Source: Malassezia furfur (taxonomy: Eukaryota). Taken from it: a stretch of DNA of 39,052 nt. The position numbers and the translations under genes were made by a program. Positions 29,495 through 39,052 of this stretch are shown here, one piece after another. How positions within the stretch are numbered: position 1 is the first letter of the stretch; the number at the start of each line of letters is the position of its first letter. The stretch is taken from assembly GCA_052055015.1 (NCBI GenBank), contig JBQJIT010000058.1; one strand, written 5' to 3'. A model generated the notes under the pieces. It was not told where the DNA came from and searched no databases. It saw nothing but the letters and a program-made list of their open reading frames with translations.

Positions 29495-30704
29495 ATGAAG
29501 CTGTTGGTGAAGTCGTTGGCCGGTGGTAATTTCCATCTGGACGTAGAGCCGAGCGAGACGGTAGGTGGCTGGCATCACTCACACAGATTGGCGCTGTCAA
29601 GGAGTCGATCCAAAAGCAGCAGGGCCACGCCGTCGAGCTGCAGAAGCTCATTTTCTCGGGCAAGATTCTCGAGAATGACAAGACGATCGAGTCGTACGGG
29701 ATCAAGGAGAAGGATTTCCTGGTGGTGATGGTGTCCAAGGTATGCCACTCTGCTGACCCAGCCGAAGGCTGCCAAGCCCGCGCCCAAGGCCGAGGAGCCG
29801 AAGAAGGAGGAAGCCGCGCCGGCTGCTCCGAGCGCCCCGGCCGATGCTCCGTCTGACGCGCCCGCGGCGCCCGCTGCCGAGGCGCCAGCGGCTGCGGCTC
29901 CCAGTGCGACGCCGGCGAGCAGCGCACCGGAGTCCACGCCCTCGCAGCCTGCTGGCCTGCAGGCTGCCTCGTTCCGTACGTCGTGTGCCAACTCACCCAG
30001 TGTCGGGCCCCGAACTCGAGTCGGCCATTAACAACATCGTCGAGATGGGCTTCCCCCGTGAGGATGTGCAGCGTGCGATGCGCATGAGCTACAACAATCC
30101 CGACCGCGCCGTCGACTACCTGATGAACGGCCTGCCTGCCGAGCCAACGCCGCAGGCTTCGCCCGCCGCGCCAAGTGCCGCTGCGCCGGCGCCAAGTGCC
30201 GGCGGCGGTGCCACGGATGCACCGCGGTCAGGCAACCTGTTTGAGCAGGCTGCTGCGCAGGCGGCACGTGGTGCAGCGGCGCCTGGTGCCGACGTGCTGC
30301 CTGGCGAGGACGACGGGCAGGGCCGCCAGCTGATCGACCTCGGCAACCCCCAGGTGCTGGGTCAACTGCGTGCGCTGGTGGAGCAAAACCCGGCGGCGCT
30401 CCAGCCGCTGATCCAGGCGCTCGTGCAGAGCAACCCGCAGCTCGCTGAGGCGCTCAGCGCCGACCCCGAGGGTGTGCTGCGCATGCTGGCGGGCGGCGAA
30501 GGACTCGAGCCACTGGAGGGCGAGGAGTCGTTCGAGGTGCCGACGCTGCAGCAGCTCAGCGAGGAGGACCGCGGACAGGTCGAGCAGATCATGGCGATGG
30601 GCATCCCCGAGAGCAAGGCGATCGAGAGCTACTTCATGTGTGGACGCAACCTCGAGATGGCGGTTCAGTACTACTTCGAGAACCCGCAGGACTTCGAGGA
30701 CTAG
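29495..30704 (+). CDS. RAD23: UV excision repair / proteasome shuttle protein Rad23
   Basis: UBL (QKLIFSGKIL), UBA1 (IVEMGF), XPC-binding region, UBA2. Exons 29495..29560, 29587..29739, 29762..29975, 30001..30704 (introns 26, 22, 25 nt). Confidence 0.95.
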
Positions 30705-30705
30705 T

Positions 30706-31491
30706 TTATAGCTTAGGATCTGAATTGTCGTCCGCTGCCGTCGGGAGGGGCACCGAGCGCCATGCCCCGGGCTCCTCCTGCAGGAAACTCGCAAAAAAGT
30801 CGCGCAGGAAGTTGCGCCACGGCGCCGGCGTCGGCAAATAGTGTCCACCATCGTGCTCGGCCACACGCACCTGGTCACACACCTGCACGAGCGTCTCGGT
30901 GAAGGCGGGGGTAACGATCGAGTCTTCACGGCCCTGGATGACGAGCATCGGCGTCGCGATGCGCGCCTCCATGAGCCGGTCAAAGAGGGGCGCTCGCGGG
31001 CGGAAGCCGGATACGCTCACTGCGAACCGGAACGGTTGCGCCTGGAAAGTGCCCGGCGAATCAGGAACGAGCTCCGGGTGCTCTAGCGCGGCCGCGAGGA
31101 CGCCCGCAAGGCACCCGCCCTGGCTGAAGCCCAGCACACCGTCAAACGGCCCCTGCTCCTGGAAGGCTCGCTGCAGGTACCGCGCCGTGCCGTCCCACCC
31201 CACGTACGCATCATCGATTTGGCGCCACCACGCACGCGCCTGCTCCTCTTCGGGGTCGCTCGGGCTCGGGGACTTCGGGTCCGGATTCGCCTCGCTGGGA
31301 AACGCCTTGACCTGGATCGGCGCATTGAGAAACACAAAGTCGACGACGTCTGGGTGAGCAGCGGTGCACATACTTCGGCATGCTTTTTGGAGCGCACTTG
31401 TGCGCCGCTTGAACACGTACGAATTCTGCGCGAAGCCGTGCAGAACTAGCACACGCAGCTTCGCACCCGACGCCGCCGCGTTCGCCGGCAT
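30706..31491 (-). CDS. FSH1: FSH1/OVCA2-family serine hydrolase
   Basis: VLVLHGFAQN, RAWW, GPFDGVLGFSQG (nucleophile Ser), GREDSIV, HDGGHYLP. A 24-nt in-frame intron lies at 31350..31373. Confidence 0.9.
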   Translation of the reverse strand: MPANAAASGAKLRVLVLHGFAQNSYVFKRRTSALQKACRSMCTAAHPDVVDFVFLNAPIQVKAFPSEANPDPKSPSPSDPEEEQARAWWRQIDDAYVGWDGTARYLQRAFQEQGPFDGVLGFSQGGCLAGVLAAALEHPELVPDSPGTFQAQPFRFAVSVSGFRPRAPLFDRLMEARIATPMLVIQGREDSIVTPAFTETLVQVCDQVRVAEHDGGHYLPTPAPWRNFLRDFFASFLQEEPGAWRSVPLPTAADDNSDPKL

Positions 31492-31550
31492 GCTCGCAGC
31501 CTTGGGGTGTGGAGGTGGAGGGACTACAGCGATACAAAAAAAAATGTTGA

Positions 31551-34376
31551 CTATGCCGAGGCGACAGGCGCCAGACCGGTGAGCTGGTCACGGACGTGCG
31601 AAAGCGGCGGCGCGATGCCGTGCGAGCTAACGGGTGCATCGTACGACATAGGTGGGGAGGCCGTGTCGACAGGGGTCTCGGCGTACATTGGCGTCGCCGC
31701 CGGGTACATGGATTCGGTTGCTGAGTCGGCCGCTGCGCTGTTCATCGTGCCCGACGGCGCGTACGTGCTCGTCGCAGCGCGTTCACGGTATGCGGCAGGC
31801 ACGTATGCCGCGGCATACGACCCGGCGGCACTCTCGTCCGCATACGACACGGGTTGCGCCGTTGTATGCGCCGCCGCGTTGGGAGGAGTGGCAGTGCCGT
31901 ATGCCGTCGCCGACACCGGCGAACTCTCGCCGACATTGTAGCGGTCGAGCAGTGCGGCGAGGCTCGGCGGCGACCCGAGGTGGCCCGACTGCGACCGGCC
32001 GCGCCGCGACCGGCTGGCGGTCGAGCGGGCATCGCCCATTGCACCCGTCTCGTCGATGGTCGTATACTGGCTGGCTCGCGTTGATGCGCGACTCGAGAGC
32101 GCCATGCGCAGCTGGCTGACGCTCATCGAGTTGTCGCGCTGCAAGTGAGTGGGAATCCGCGCGGGTGTAGGTACGACGCTCGTCCGGCGTGGGCTGGTGG
32201 TACCCGGCGCGACGGGCTGTGCGCCGATCTTAGCGTCCTGCACCGCGACGGCGATGGACCAGTTGCGCAGGAGCCAGTCGCGCAGCGTCGTCTCGTCGCA
32301 GTCCGTCGCGATTTGCAGCGCCGTGCTGGAGCCGAGGTATTCGGCGATTGTCTCCACATCTGGTGCGCCCATCTCGCCCTCGGCCTCCTCGCTGGCGAAT
32401 GCAGCAAACTCGGGCGCAGCCCCAAACTCCCCAGGGAACGCGGGGGTGTTGAGCTGGAACGCACCGAGTGGCTGGAGCAGATGCCTGTGGAGGTACGTCA
32501 CGAGGTGCGGCACGTCCCAGAGCGTGGCCAGCTTGGACAGCGCATTGGCCGCCACCCAGCGTGCCGCACGGGCCGCAGGCCGCGACGCGACATTGGCGCT
32601 GCGCGACGCGACGCGGTCGAGCGCGAGGAGCGCCGGCACGGTCGCAAGGAGCGCGGGCGCAGGCGCCACCTCGTACAGCCGCTCCAGCACCGCGTAAAGC
32701 GCCGCATAGTCGGCCGGCACGGTCGCAAGCTGTGCGACGTCGACCTCGACAGTGCCGGCCTTGAGCTCATCGAGCGAGGCGCCCGGCGCGTATGTCGCGC
32801 GCGCGAGCAGAATGTAGGCGTTCGCCGTGAACGCGTGCAGGAAGCGCAGCACGTCGGTACCTGATGCGTACGCCGCCTCGCCACGCTGCACGTGGTGCTG
32901 TGCGCGCGCAGCAAGCTCGAGGTGCACGCGCAGCGCCTCGAGATAAGTGAAGCGCACCGCCGCGTTCGGCGAGAGCAGCATGCCCTCGGTGCCGCTCCAC
33001 GCGGTAACGGGCATGTTGTCGCGCACGCCGTCGGCGTATGCAGCGCGAATGATGGCGATCTGCACGTAGAGCAGCACACGCAGCGAGTTGTCGCGCTCCG
33101 TGGGCGGCAGCGGCGGCGTGCGCGTCGCGACGGCGCGCAGCACCGTGTTGGTCTGCTGTACAAAGTCGGGCAGCTGGTCGGCGTACAGCGTGTACTGCGC
33201 CAGCGAGCCGATCGCATCGATGGTCGGCGCAATCGTCACGCTTTGCGGGTCGTTCTGGACGTGTGCCAGGAGGAAGTAGAGGTGCCCCTCGAGCAGCTCG
33301 GTCATGTTCAGCCCGATGATCTCGATCTTGTTCGCGAGGATCTGGTGCAGCGCCTGCAGGAGGCGCGTCGAGCGCTCCGTGTGGGCACTCACCGCCTCGG
33401 TGCTGCGCAGCGCATCGGCGATCGTGTGCGGCACAACATACCGCGACGCACGCGGCGTCCACAGCGCGAGCAGGTTGAGCAGCCACACGCAAAAGTCCTC
33501 GTCGCCCCACCCGTACTGCAGCGGACTCGCATCAAGCCACGCAAACGTCGCGCGCACCAGCACGCGGATCTGCACGGCGTCGGCGCCGTGCGCCATGTGC
33601 CGGAGCAGCACGAGCGCCGCCGCGGCGCTTGTCTCGGCGTCGCCCGCGCCCGTCGCACGCGACACGTCCACGCTACCGTCCTCTTTGACGAGCGCCGCGC
33701 TGCGCGCGAGCGGGAGGCGCGCAGGGCTCAGCGTGTCGAGCACGCCGGGCAGGATGCCGTCGACGAGCGACGCAAACGACGGCGAGTAGAACACGGCAGA
33801 GCGCACCACGCCCTCAAACGCACCGAGACCCGACGCACGTGTCGTCTCGTCCACCGTGCCTCGCACGAGCGGCTGGAGCTCGGCGAGCACCGCATACACA
33901 CATACCGGCACACATTCGTCGACCTCCAATGCACCCGGCTGCAGCGCACGCGCGTACGCGGCAAACGTGCTCGTAGCGCGTGCGCACAGGTCGGTGTCCC
34001 ACGCAGTGTGCGTGCCGCCCGGCGCTGCGGCCTGCAGGGCGTTGCACACGACCGACTGCACGGCCGGCGCAGCGTAGGTCAGCCCGTGGGGGCTCGCGCC
34101 CACAAGCTCCTTGGTGATGCCGAGCGTGATCATCAGGCTCGCCTTGCTGCGCGCATTGGCCCCCGCACGCAGCGCGACCTTGTCGGCAGTCGCACGCGCG
34201 GCGAGCAGGCGGCCGACCTTGGTGAGCTTGGCAGGCTTGTACTGGGCATAGTAGCACAGGCGGCCGAGCTCGTTGGCGTTCGGGCGGTACTCCGGCGCGG
34301 CCTGGGCCAATGCCTTGGGCGCCGGGTAGCACTCCTTGACCAGTTTTTGGTGGTTCACCTGCGGAATACACAGCAT
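31551..34376 (-). CDS. EFR3: Plasma-membrane PI4-kinase scaffold Efr3
   Basis: N-terminal NHQKLVKECYP...PNANELGRLCYYAQYKPAKLTKVGRLL signature, IIGL...LL, LAQYTLYADQ. Confidence 0.88.
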   Translation of the reverse strand: MLCIPQVNHQKLVKECYPAPKALAQAAPEYRPNANELGRLCYYAQYKPAKLTKVGRLLAARATADKVALRAGANARSKASLMITLGITKELVGASPHGLTYAAPAVQSVVCNALQAAAPGGTHTAWDTDLCARATSTFAAYARALQPGALEVDECVPVCVYAVLAELQPLVRGTVDETTRASGLGAFEGVVRSAVFYSPSFASLVDGILPGVLDTLSPARLPLARSAALVKEDGSVDVSRATGAGDAETSAAAALVLLRHMAHGADAVQIRVLVRATFAWLDASPLQYGWGDEDFCVWLLNLLALWTPRASRYVVPHTIADALRSTEAVSAHTERSTRLLQALHQILANKIEIIGLNMTELLEGHLYFLLAHVQNDPQSVTIAPTIDAIGSLAQYTLYADQLPDFVQQTNTVLRAVATRTPPLPPTERDNSLRVLLYVQIAIIRAAYADGVRDNMPVTAWSGTEGMLLSPNAAVRFTYLEALRVHLELAARAQHHVQRGEAAYASGTDVLRFLHAFTANAYILLARATYAPGASLDELKAGTVEVDVAQLATVPADYAALYAVLERLYEVAPAPALLATVPALLALDRVASRSANVASRPAARAARWVAANALSKLATLWDVPHLVTYLHRHLLQPLGAFQLNTPAFPGEFGAAPEFAAFASEEAEGEMGAPDVETIAEYLGSSTALQIATDCDETTLRDWLLRNWSIAVAVQDAKIGAQPVAPGTTSPRRTSVVPTPARIPTHLQRDNSMSVSQLRMALSSRASTRASQYTTIDETGAMGDARSTASRSRRGRSQSGHLGSPPSLAALLDRYNVGESSPVSATAYGTATPPNAAAHTTAQPVSYADESAAGSYAAAYVPAAYRERAATSTYAPSGTMNSAAADSATESMYPAATPMYAETPVDTASPPMSYDAPVSSHGIAPPLSHVRDQLTGLAPVASA

Positions 34377-34523
34377 GGGCCACACACTCTCTGTACCCCA
34401 CCACGCGCGATCGAACGAAGCAAGCGACGCACGCGCCCAGCCGGCCACGCGAACTTGCAGCTGCACCCCAACCGACCGCCGGAGCCCGGTATCACGTGGG
34501 CCGACGCGGGGCCACGTGGGTAT

Positions 34524-36012
34524 CTAGCTATCGAAGGCGGCGAACGCGTCCGACTGCCACTGGAACCAGCGGTAGGCGCCGGTGAGCAGCGCCGCAACTA
34601 GGAACACACAGTCGAACAGCGCGCCAAAAACGCGCTGGAACTCGGGCAGCGTCGCGAGCAGTGCGCTTGCACGCGCGCGAGGGCCTCCGACACTCGCGTG
34701 TAGCTGGATGAGGGCCGCCAGCGCATAGATACATAGCACCTCTGCCGTGAACAGCACCAGCAGCTGCGCACTCACCCCGGCGGACACGGAGCGGATGAGC
34801 GTCGATAGCGTACTCAGGAGCACACGCATACGCAGCACAATCAGAATGCCCACCGACAGGAAGCCGATCCGCGGCGCCCATAGCGCCACGTCCACGTCGA
34901 GGCCCAGCATGCGCATCGTATGCGCCAGGCACGTCGACACGAAGTCGGGCGACGTGCCGCGGTAGCCAAACAACACCAAATTGAGCACACACTGCGCGAT
35001 GCGGAACGTGCAGTACAAGGAAAACACGTGCGACGACATGAGCAGCACCCGGCCCAGCACCGTGCGCTGGTAGCGCACGCGCCGCTCATGCTCAGTGATC
35101 ACCTCGAGATCCGTGCGCATCGTGTTTGCCATCGCCTCGAGCCCAATGATCTCGGTCTGCAGCTCGGCCAGCTCGCGGTCCTTGGCACTGCGCGCCCAGA
35201 ACGCCCACGCTGACCGCTTTGGGCCGCGCGCAATCTCCTCGCTCAGCTCAGCTGCAGCCGTGCGTGCCGTATGCAGGTCCATACACGCGCGCTCAAACGA
35301 CGCCTGCGCCGTCTGCACATCGCTCTCGCGCCAGCGCTTTTGGCGGCGGATCGCGAGCGACTCGTACGAGTCGCACATGGCGCCTCCCGCGGCACTGCCA
35401 GACAGCACGGCAATGAGCGTGATGCCAAGCACTCCGGCTCGTGCAAGTACCACCTCGAAAAAGCCCGTCGCCGTGTTCACGACGGAATGCGGCAGCGGCA
35501 CACGGACAAATGCCCAGCACCATGCGATGAAAAGCACCGACGTCGCAACCGCACGCGTGGTGCTCCAGCTGCGCCGCTTGCCGCCCGGGAAGCAGACCAA
35601 GAAACAGGCCGCGAGTGCTGGGTCAGTCGAGGCACCACGTACGTAGACCCAGGACGATCAGGAGCAGTACGGTCGGAAGCGACATGTGCCAATTTGCACG
35701 CACCCATGGCACGTCGCCATGCGCATGCTCGAGAAGTACCAACACAAACAACATCGCGCTCTCCTCAAAGGCGAGGCAGAACAGTGCGGACGACACGCTC
35801 AGTTGGCGCCGCACAGCTTGGACATAGCCGTGCGCACGCGACTCGGAGCGCGCGCGTGCGTGCGCGACGCGCGGGAGCGACAGGGCGCTGCCATCTGCAC
35901 TGGGCTCAAGCGAGACATAGTTCACTTCGCCGTGCAGCCAGGGCAGCGCCAGGGCCGCACACGCTGCGAGCGCCGCACGCGCCAACAGCACGCCGAGGCC
36001 CCCCACGCTCAT
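34524..36012 (-). CDS. Golgi pH regulator / GPR89 (ABA-GPCR-like) membrane protein
   Basis: Multiple TM segments, RAGVLGITLIAVLSG, LQTEIIGLEAM, FSLYCTFRI, FDCVFL. Exons 36012..35643 and 35617..34524 (25-nt intron). Confidence 0.85.
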
Positions 36013-36017
36013 GGTGG

Positions 36018-36026
36018 GTCACGTGA
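36018..36026. promoter_or_regulatory. GTCACGTGA (Cbf1-type E-box) in the 33-bp GPR89/DUO1 divergent spacer
   Basis: Full RTCACGTG consensus between two head-to-head ATGs. Confidence 0.55.
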
Positions 36027-36045
36027 GGTGGTGCGGCGCGTGGTG

Positions 36046-36725
36046 ATGGACCACGACGCGGCGCTCCGCACCCCGACGCGTGGGCGCGGCGACGCGGACA
36101 CGACGCTCGGTGACGCGAGCGCAAATACAAGCTCGTTTGCCAAGGCGGACGAGTCACTATTTGGGCATGTACTGCGCGCCGATGCTGGGTTGCGCGCCGA
36201 TGCCCCCGTCGAAGATACCGAGAGCGCCGAGCAGGTGCAACAACAGCTTGAGCAGCTACAGCACCTGAACCGCATATTTGCATCCTACGAGTCGGCGCTC
36301 GCAGGCGGTGTGGGTCAGATTGAGGTACGTGCGGTGCACCGCTGATACCAGACTTTTGCGCGCAAGATCCACGAGACCGACCGGCTGCTCGACACCTATA
36401 TCGATCTACTGCAGCACGCACAAGCGCGGCGTACGCTCCTCGCCGATCCCAGCTGGCACGGCGCGTCCAAGGTACGTCGTGTGTGCTCACACAGGATGCC
36501 GCAGATCACGCCGCCGCGCAGCAGCGCGAAGCACAGGCCGCGCTGCGCGCTAGCCAGCCGCGTTCGCGCCCTACTGGCGCGAATTCGTCCCATAGCACCC
36601 GCGGGCGATCCGTACCCACGCGAGGCGCGCACCCGCAGCGCGGGATGGGCGAGTCACGGACTGCGCCCACGCGGGGCGCGTCACGCGCTGCAGCGGCGCC
36701 CACAACGCGGGGTCCCTTTCGGTAG
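36046..36725 (+). CDS. DUO1: DASH/Dam1 complex subunit Duo1
   Basis: Spliced ETDRLLDTYIDLLQHAQARRTLLADPSWHGASKD matches the Duo1 motif, followed by a basic low-complexity tail. Exons 36046..36324, 36352..36471, 36495..36725 (introns 27 and 23 nt). Confidence 0.82.
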
Positions 36726-36810
36726 CGGCGCGGCGTTAGGCACGTGATACTGCGGGGAAACTGGACGTACAAATCGTCAAGGCCCGCTGCTCGCTCGCAT
36801 CGGACAAGAT

Positions 36811-39052
36811 ATGGAAGCTGGACGTACGTGGGAGAGTGCTGACGCAGTGCGTACGCCGCTGACGAGCTTGCATCTGCTCGATGCGCTGCGAAAGGGCGAC
36901 CGCGCAGCGATCGAGTCGATCCTGTCCGGGCAGGACTGGAGCGCCCCTCGGCCGCACCTCGAGTCGCCGCTGCACCTCGCCGTGCTGTGCGCCGAGCCGG
37001 CAACGATCGACTATGTCTTGAAGCAATCCGGCATCGACCCCAACATGCGTACGAGCGACACGGGCAACACGCCACTACACCTCGCCGTGTCGAGCAACCG
37101 CCCGGACGCCGCGGCGCTGCTGCTGTCGCTCCCGACCATCAATGACACCCTACCTAATGCGGAGGGCAAGACGCCCATGGAGCTTGTGACGACGGCCGAT
37201 ATGATGCATCTCTTGCAATGTGCGTGCCACCTGCTGACCTGTAGCCTCGCGCATGGAGCTGCGCGGTAAGATTGCCGACACCATTGAGGCGTACGAGAAG
37301 GAAACCTCGGGGGGTGCCGCAGAAGGGCCCGCACACAAGGAGCTGCTCGCGCTCATTGAGCTGCCACGCATCACAGCCGACGACCTGGCAACCGCGAGTC
37401 GCAAGTCGGGCAACGACGTGCTGCACGCTGCAGTGCGCGCCAAGGATGCGCCGCTGATCACCGCCAGCATCCGTCGCGGCGCCGATCCATTTGTGAAGGA
37501 CATGAACGGGAACACGGCGGAGAGCATGACCAACGACCCGTCTGTGCACGCTCTTCTACGCCAGCTGATGAATGCTGAGGCGGACCAGTCGATTCGCACG
37601 AACCAGTCGCCGACCTACCGCGGCTTCCTCGGCAAGTGGACCAACATGGTGGGCGGCTACAAGATGCGCTGGTTCGTCCTCAAGGACGGCATCTTGTCCT
37701 ACTATCAGTCCCCCGATGACGAGGGCCGCCATGCGCGCGGCTCCATCTACCTGCGCCACGTCAAGATCCTCGCCGACTCGCGCGACAGGATCCGGTTCCA
37801 GATCGTGAGCCAGATGGGCAGCGGCATAAACAAGATGTACTTGCGCGGCAGCGATGCGACCGAGTCGGTCCGCTGGCTCCAGATGCTCGAGAAGGCGAAG
37901 CGCTTTGAGCAGGCGCGCGCCGCGGGGAACACGCAGACAGTGGCCCCCGGCGCCGCTGCTGTGCCGGCGCAGCCAATGCCGACCCAGGTGCCAGGTGATT
38001 CGCAGCGTGTCTCAGTGAGCTCCGCAGCCGGCCCGCTGCCGCGCCTCGCGCCTGTCGCCGGTCAACCGGGTGCCCAAGAGTCGCTGAGCATGCTGCGTGG
38101 GCATAGCAGTATCGGCTCGGCGTCGATTGCCACGGACGATGAGGAGGACATCCCCGACGACCACAGCACCACGAGTGTGGAGCCGAGCGAGGACCTTCCG
38201 CACGCGAAAGAATTCAGCGTGGTTGCGAACCTGATCGAGACGCACTTTGACGTCGCGCTGCAGCTCATCAGCAAGCTCTCGCAGATGCGCCGCGCAGGTG
38301 TGCGCGGCGCGCCGGGCGTTGCGCCCGGCACAGTGGCGCCGCCCGTGACCGAAGTCGAGGGCCTCGCCAAGCCCGTGTCCCAACTGGCGCTCGGTCAGAC
38401 GCCCGTCGGGCAGGACGAGTGGGACTCGTCGCTGGAGGCGATGCGTGCGTCGGTGACCGACCGCCTGCGTCTGTGGCACGAGTACGTCGCGATGGTGCAC
38501 AGCCGCGAAAAGTATCTCAAGGACCAGGTCGAGCGCGAGGTGGCGACGCGCCAGCTCTGGGAAGAGCAGATGATGCAGCTCGGCAAGCAGCACAGCGAGC
38601 TGGAGGGCAATCTGCGCGAGGCCATGTCGGAGATCAACACGCAGCGCAAGGCGCTCCGCAAGGTCCATGGCGAGGAGGCGTACGAGGCAGTGAAGAACGA
38701 GAGCAAGAGCCTGTCGGCCGGCTTGACGGACGCCGTCGGCGGCGCTGCAGCGGCGGTCGGTTCCATGGCCTCATCGCTCTTCTCGAAGCCGTCCCGCTCG
38801 TCGACGTTTGACGACGTGGACGACGAGTTCTTCGACGCGGTCGACTCGGGCAACCTGCCGAACCTGTATGTCGAGAAACCGCTCGAGCAGCGCCGCGCCT
38901 CGTCCAACCGATCGCCGGCGCCGCCCGCCGCGGAGAACGCGGCGCCCGATGCACAGCCCCCCAAGGAGCCCGCAGCGGCGCCGCAGCAGCAGGAGCCTAG
39001 CCCGGGCACGGGCGCAGGTGCAGCGGCCGGCATGGGTGCCGCGGCCGGCGCA
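36811..39052 (+). CDS. Oxysterol-binding protein of Osh1/Osh2 type (ankyrin, PH, FFAT); 3' end outside window
   Basis: Ankyrin repeats (SPLHLAV, GNTPLHLAV), PH domain (GFLGKWTNMVGGYKMRWFVL), FFAT motif EFFDA at 38825..38839 in the same frame. Introns 36824..36847 (24 nt) and 37220..37244 (25 nt). Confidence 0.92.

Noticed and set aside
1..39052. Transposons, CRISPR arrays, rRNA, telomeric or centromeric tracts, horizontally acquired island
   Set aside because: No terminal repeats, transposase/RT motifs, repeat-spacer arrays or extended low-GC region were seen, and almost all bases are accounted for by fungal genes.

Overview
GC-rich, extremely compact eukaryotic (fungal) chromosome segment. 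Gene content, gene density and intron style point to a basidiomycete yeast of the Malassezia type (inference). I reconstruct 29 protein-coding genes (2 truncated by the window edges), mostly housekeeping: BET2, YUH1, TMA20, prolyl oligopeptidase, a PEP12/VAM3-type syntaxin, a lactonase, TAF6, MTD1, TIF3, SPC2, THO1, BCD1, SUI3, ATP3, ILS1, SNU23, CPA1, COY1, a GPI-type aspartyl protease, RAD23, FSH1, EFR3, a GPR89-like protein, DUO1, an OSH1/2-type protein and four uncharacterised proteins. The ORF track is misleading because 36 spliceosomal introns interrupt these genes, and 29 of them are only 21-27 nt long. I found no mobile elements, CRISPR arrays, rRNA or tRNA. The most interesting signals concern gene expression: (1) miniature introns down to 21 nt; (2) two abutting introns around a zero-length exon in ATP3, a candidate for recursive splicing; (3) a divergent arginine-attenuator-peptide uORF plus Gcn4-like sites upstream of CPA1; (4) divergent gene pairs whose ATGs are only 29-36 bp apart, with recurrent CACGTG and CCTCCAC motifs; (5) convergent genes whose stop codons abut or overlap. 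All gene models are manual predictions from splice motifs, frame logic and remembered family motifs. No database search was run.
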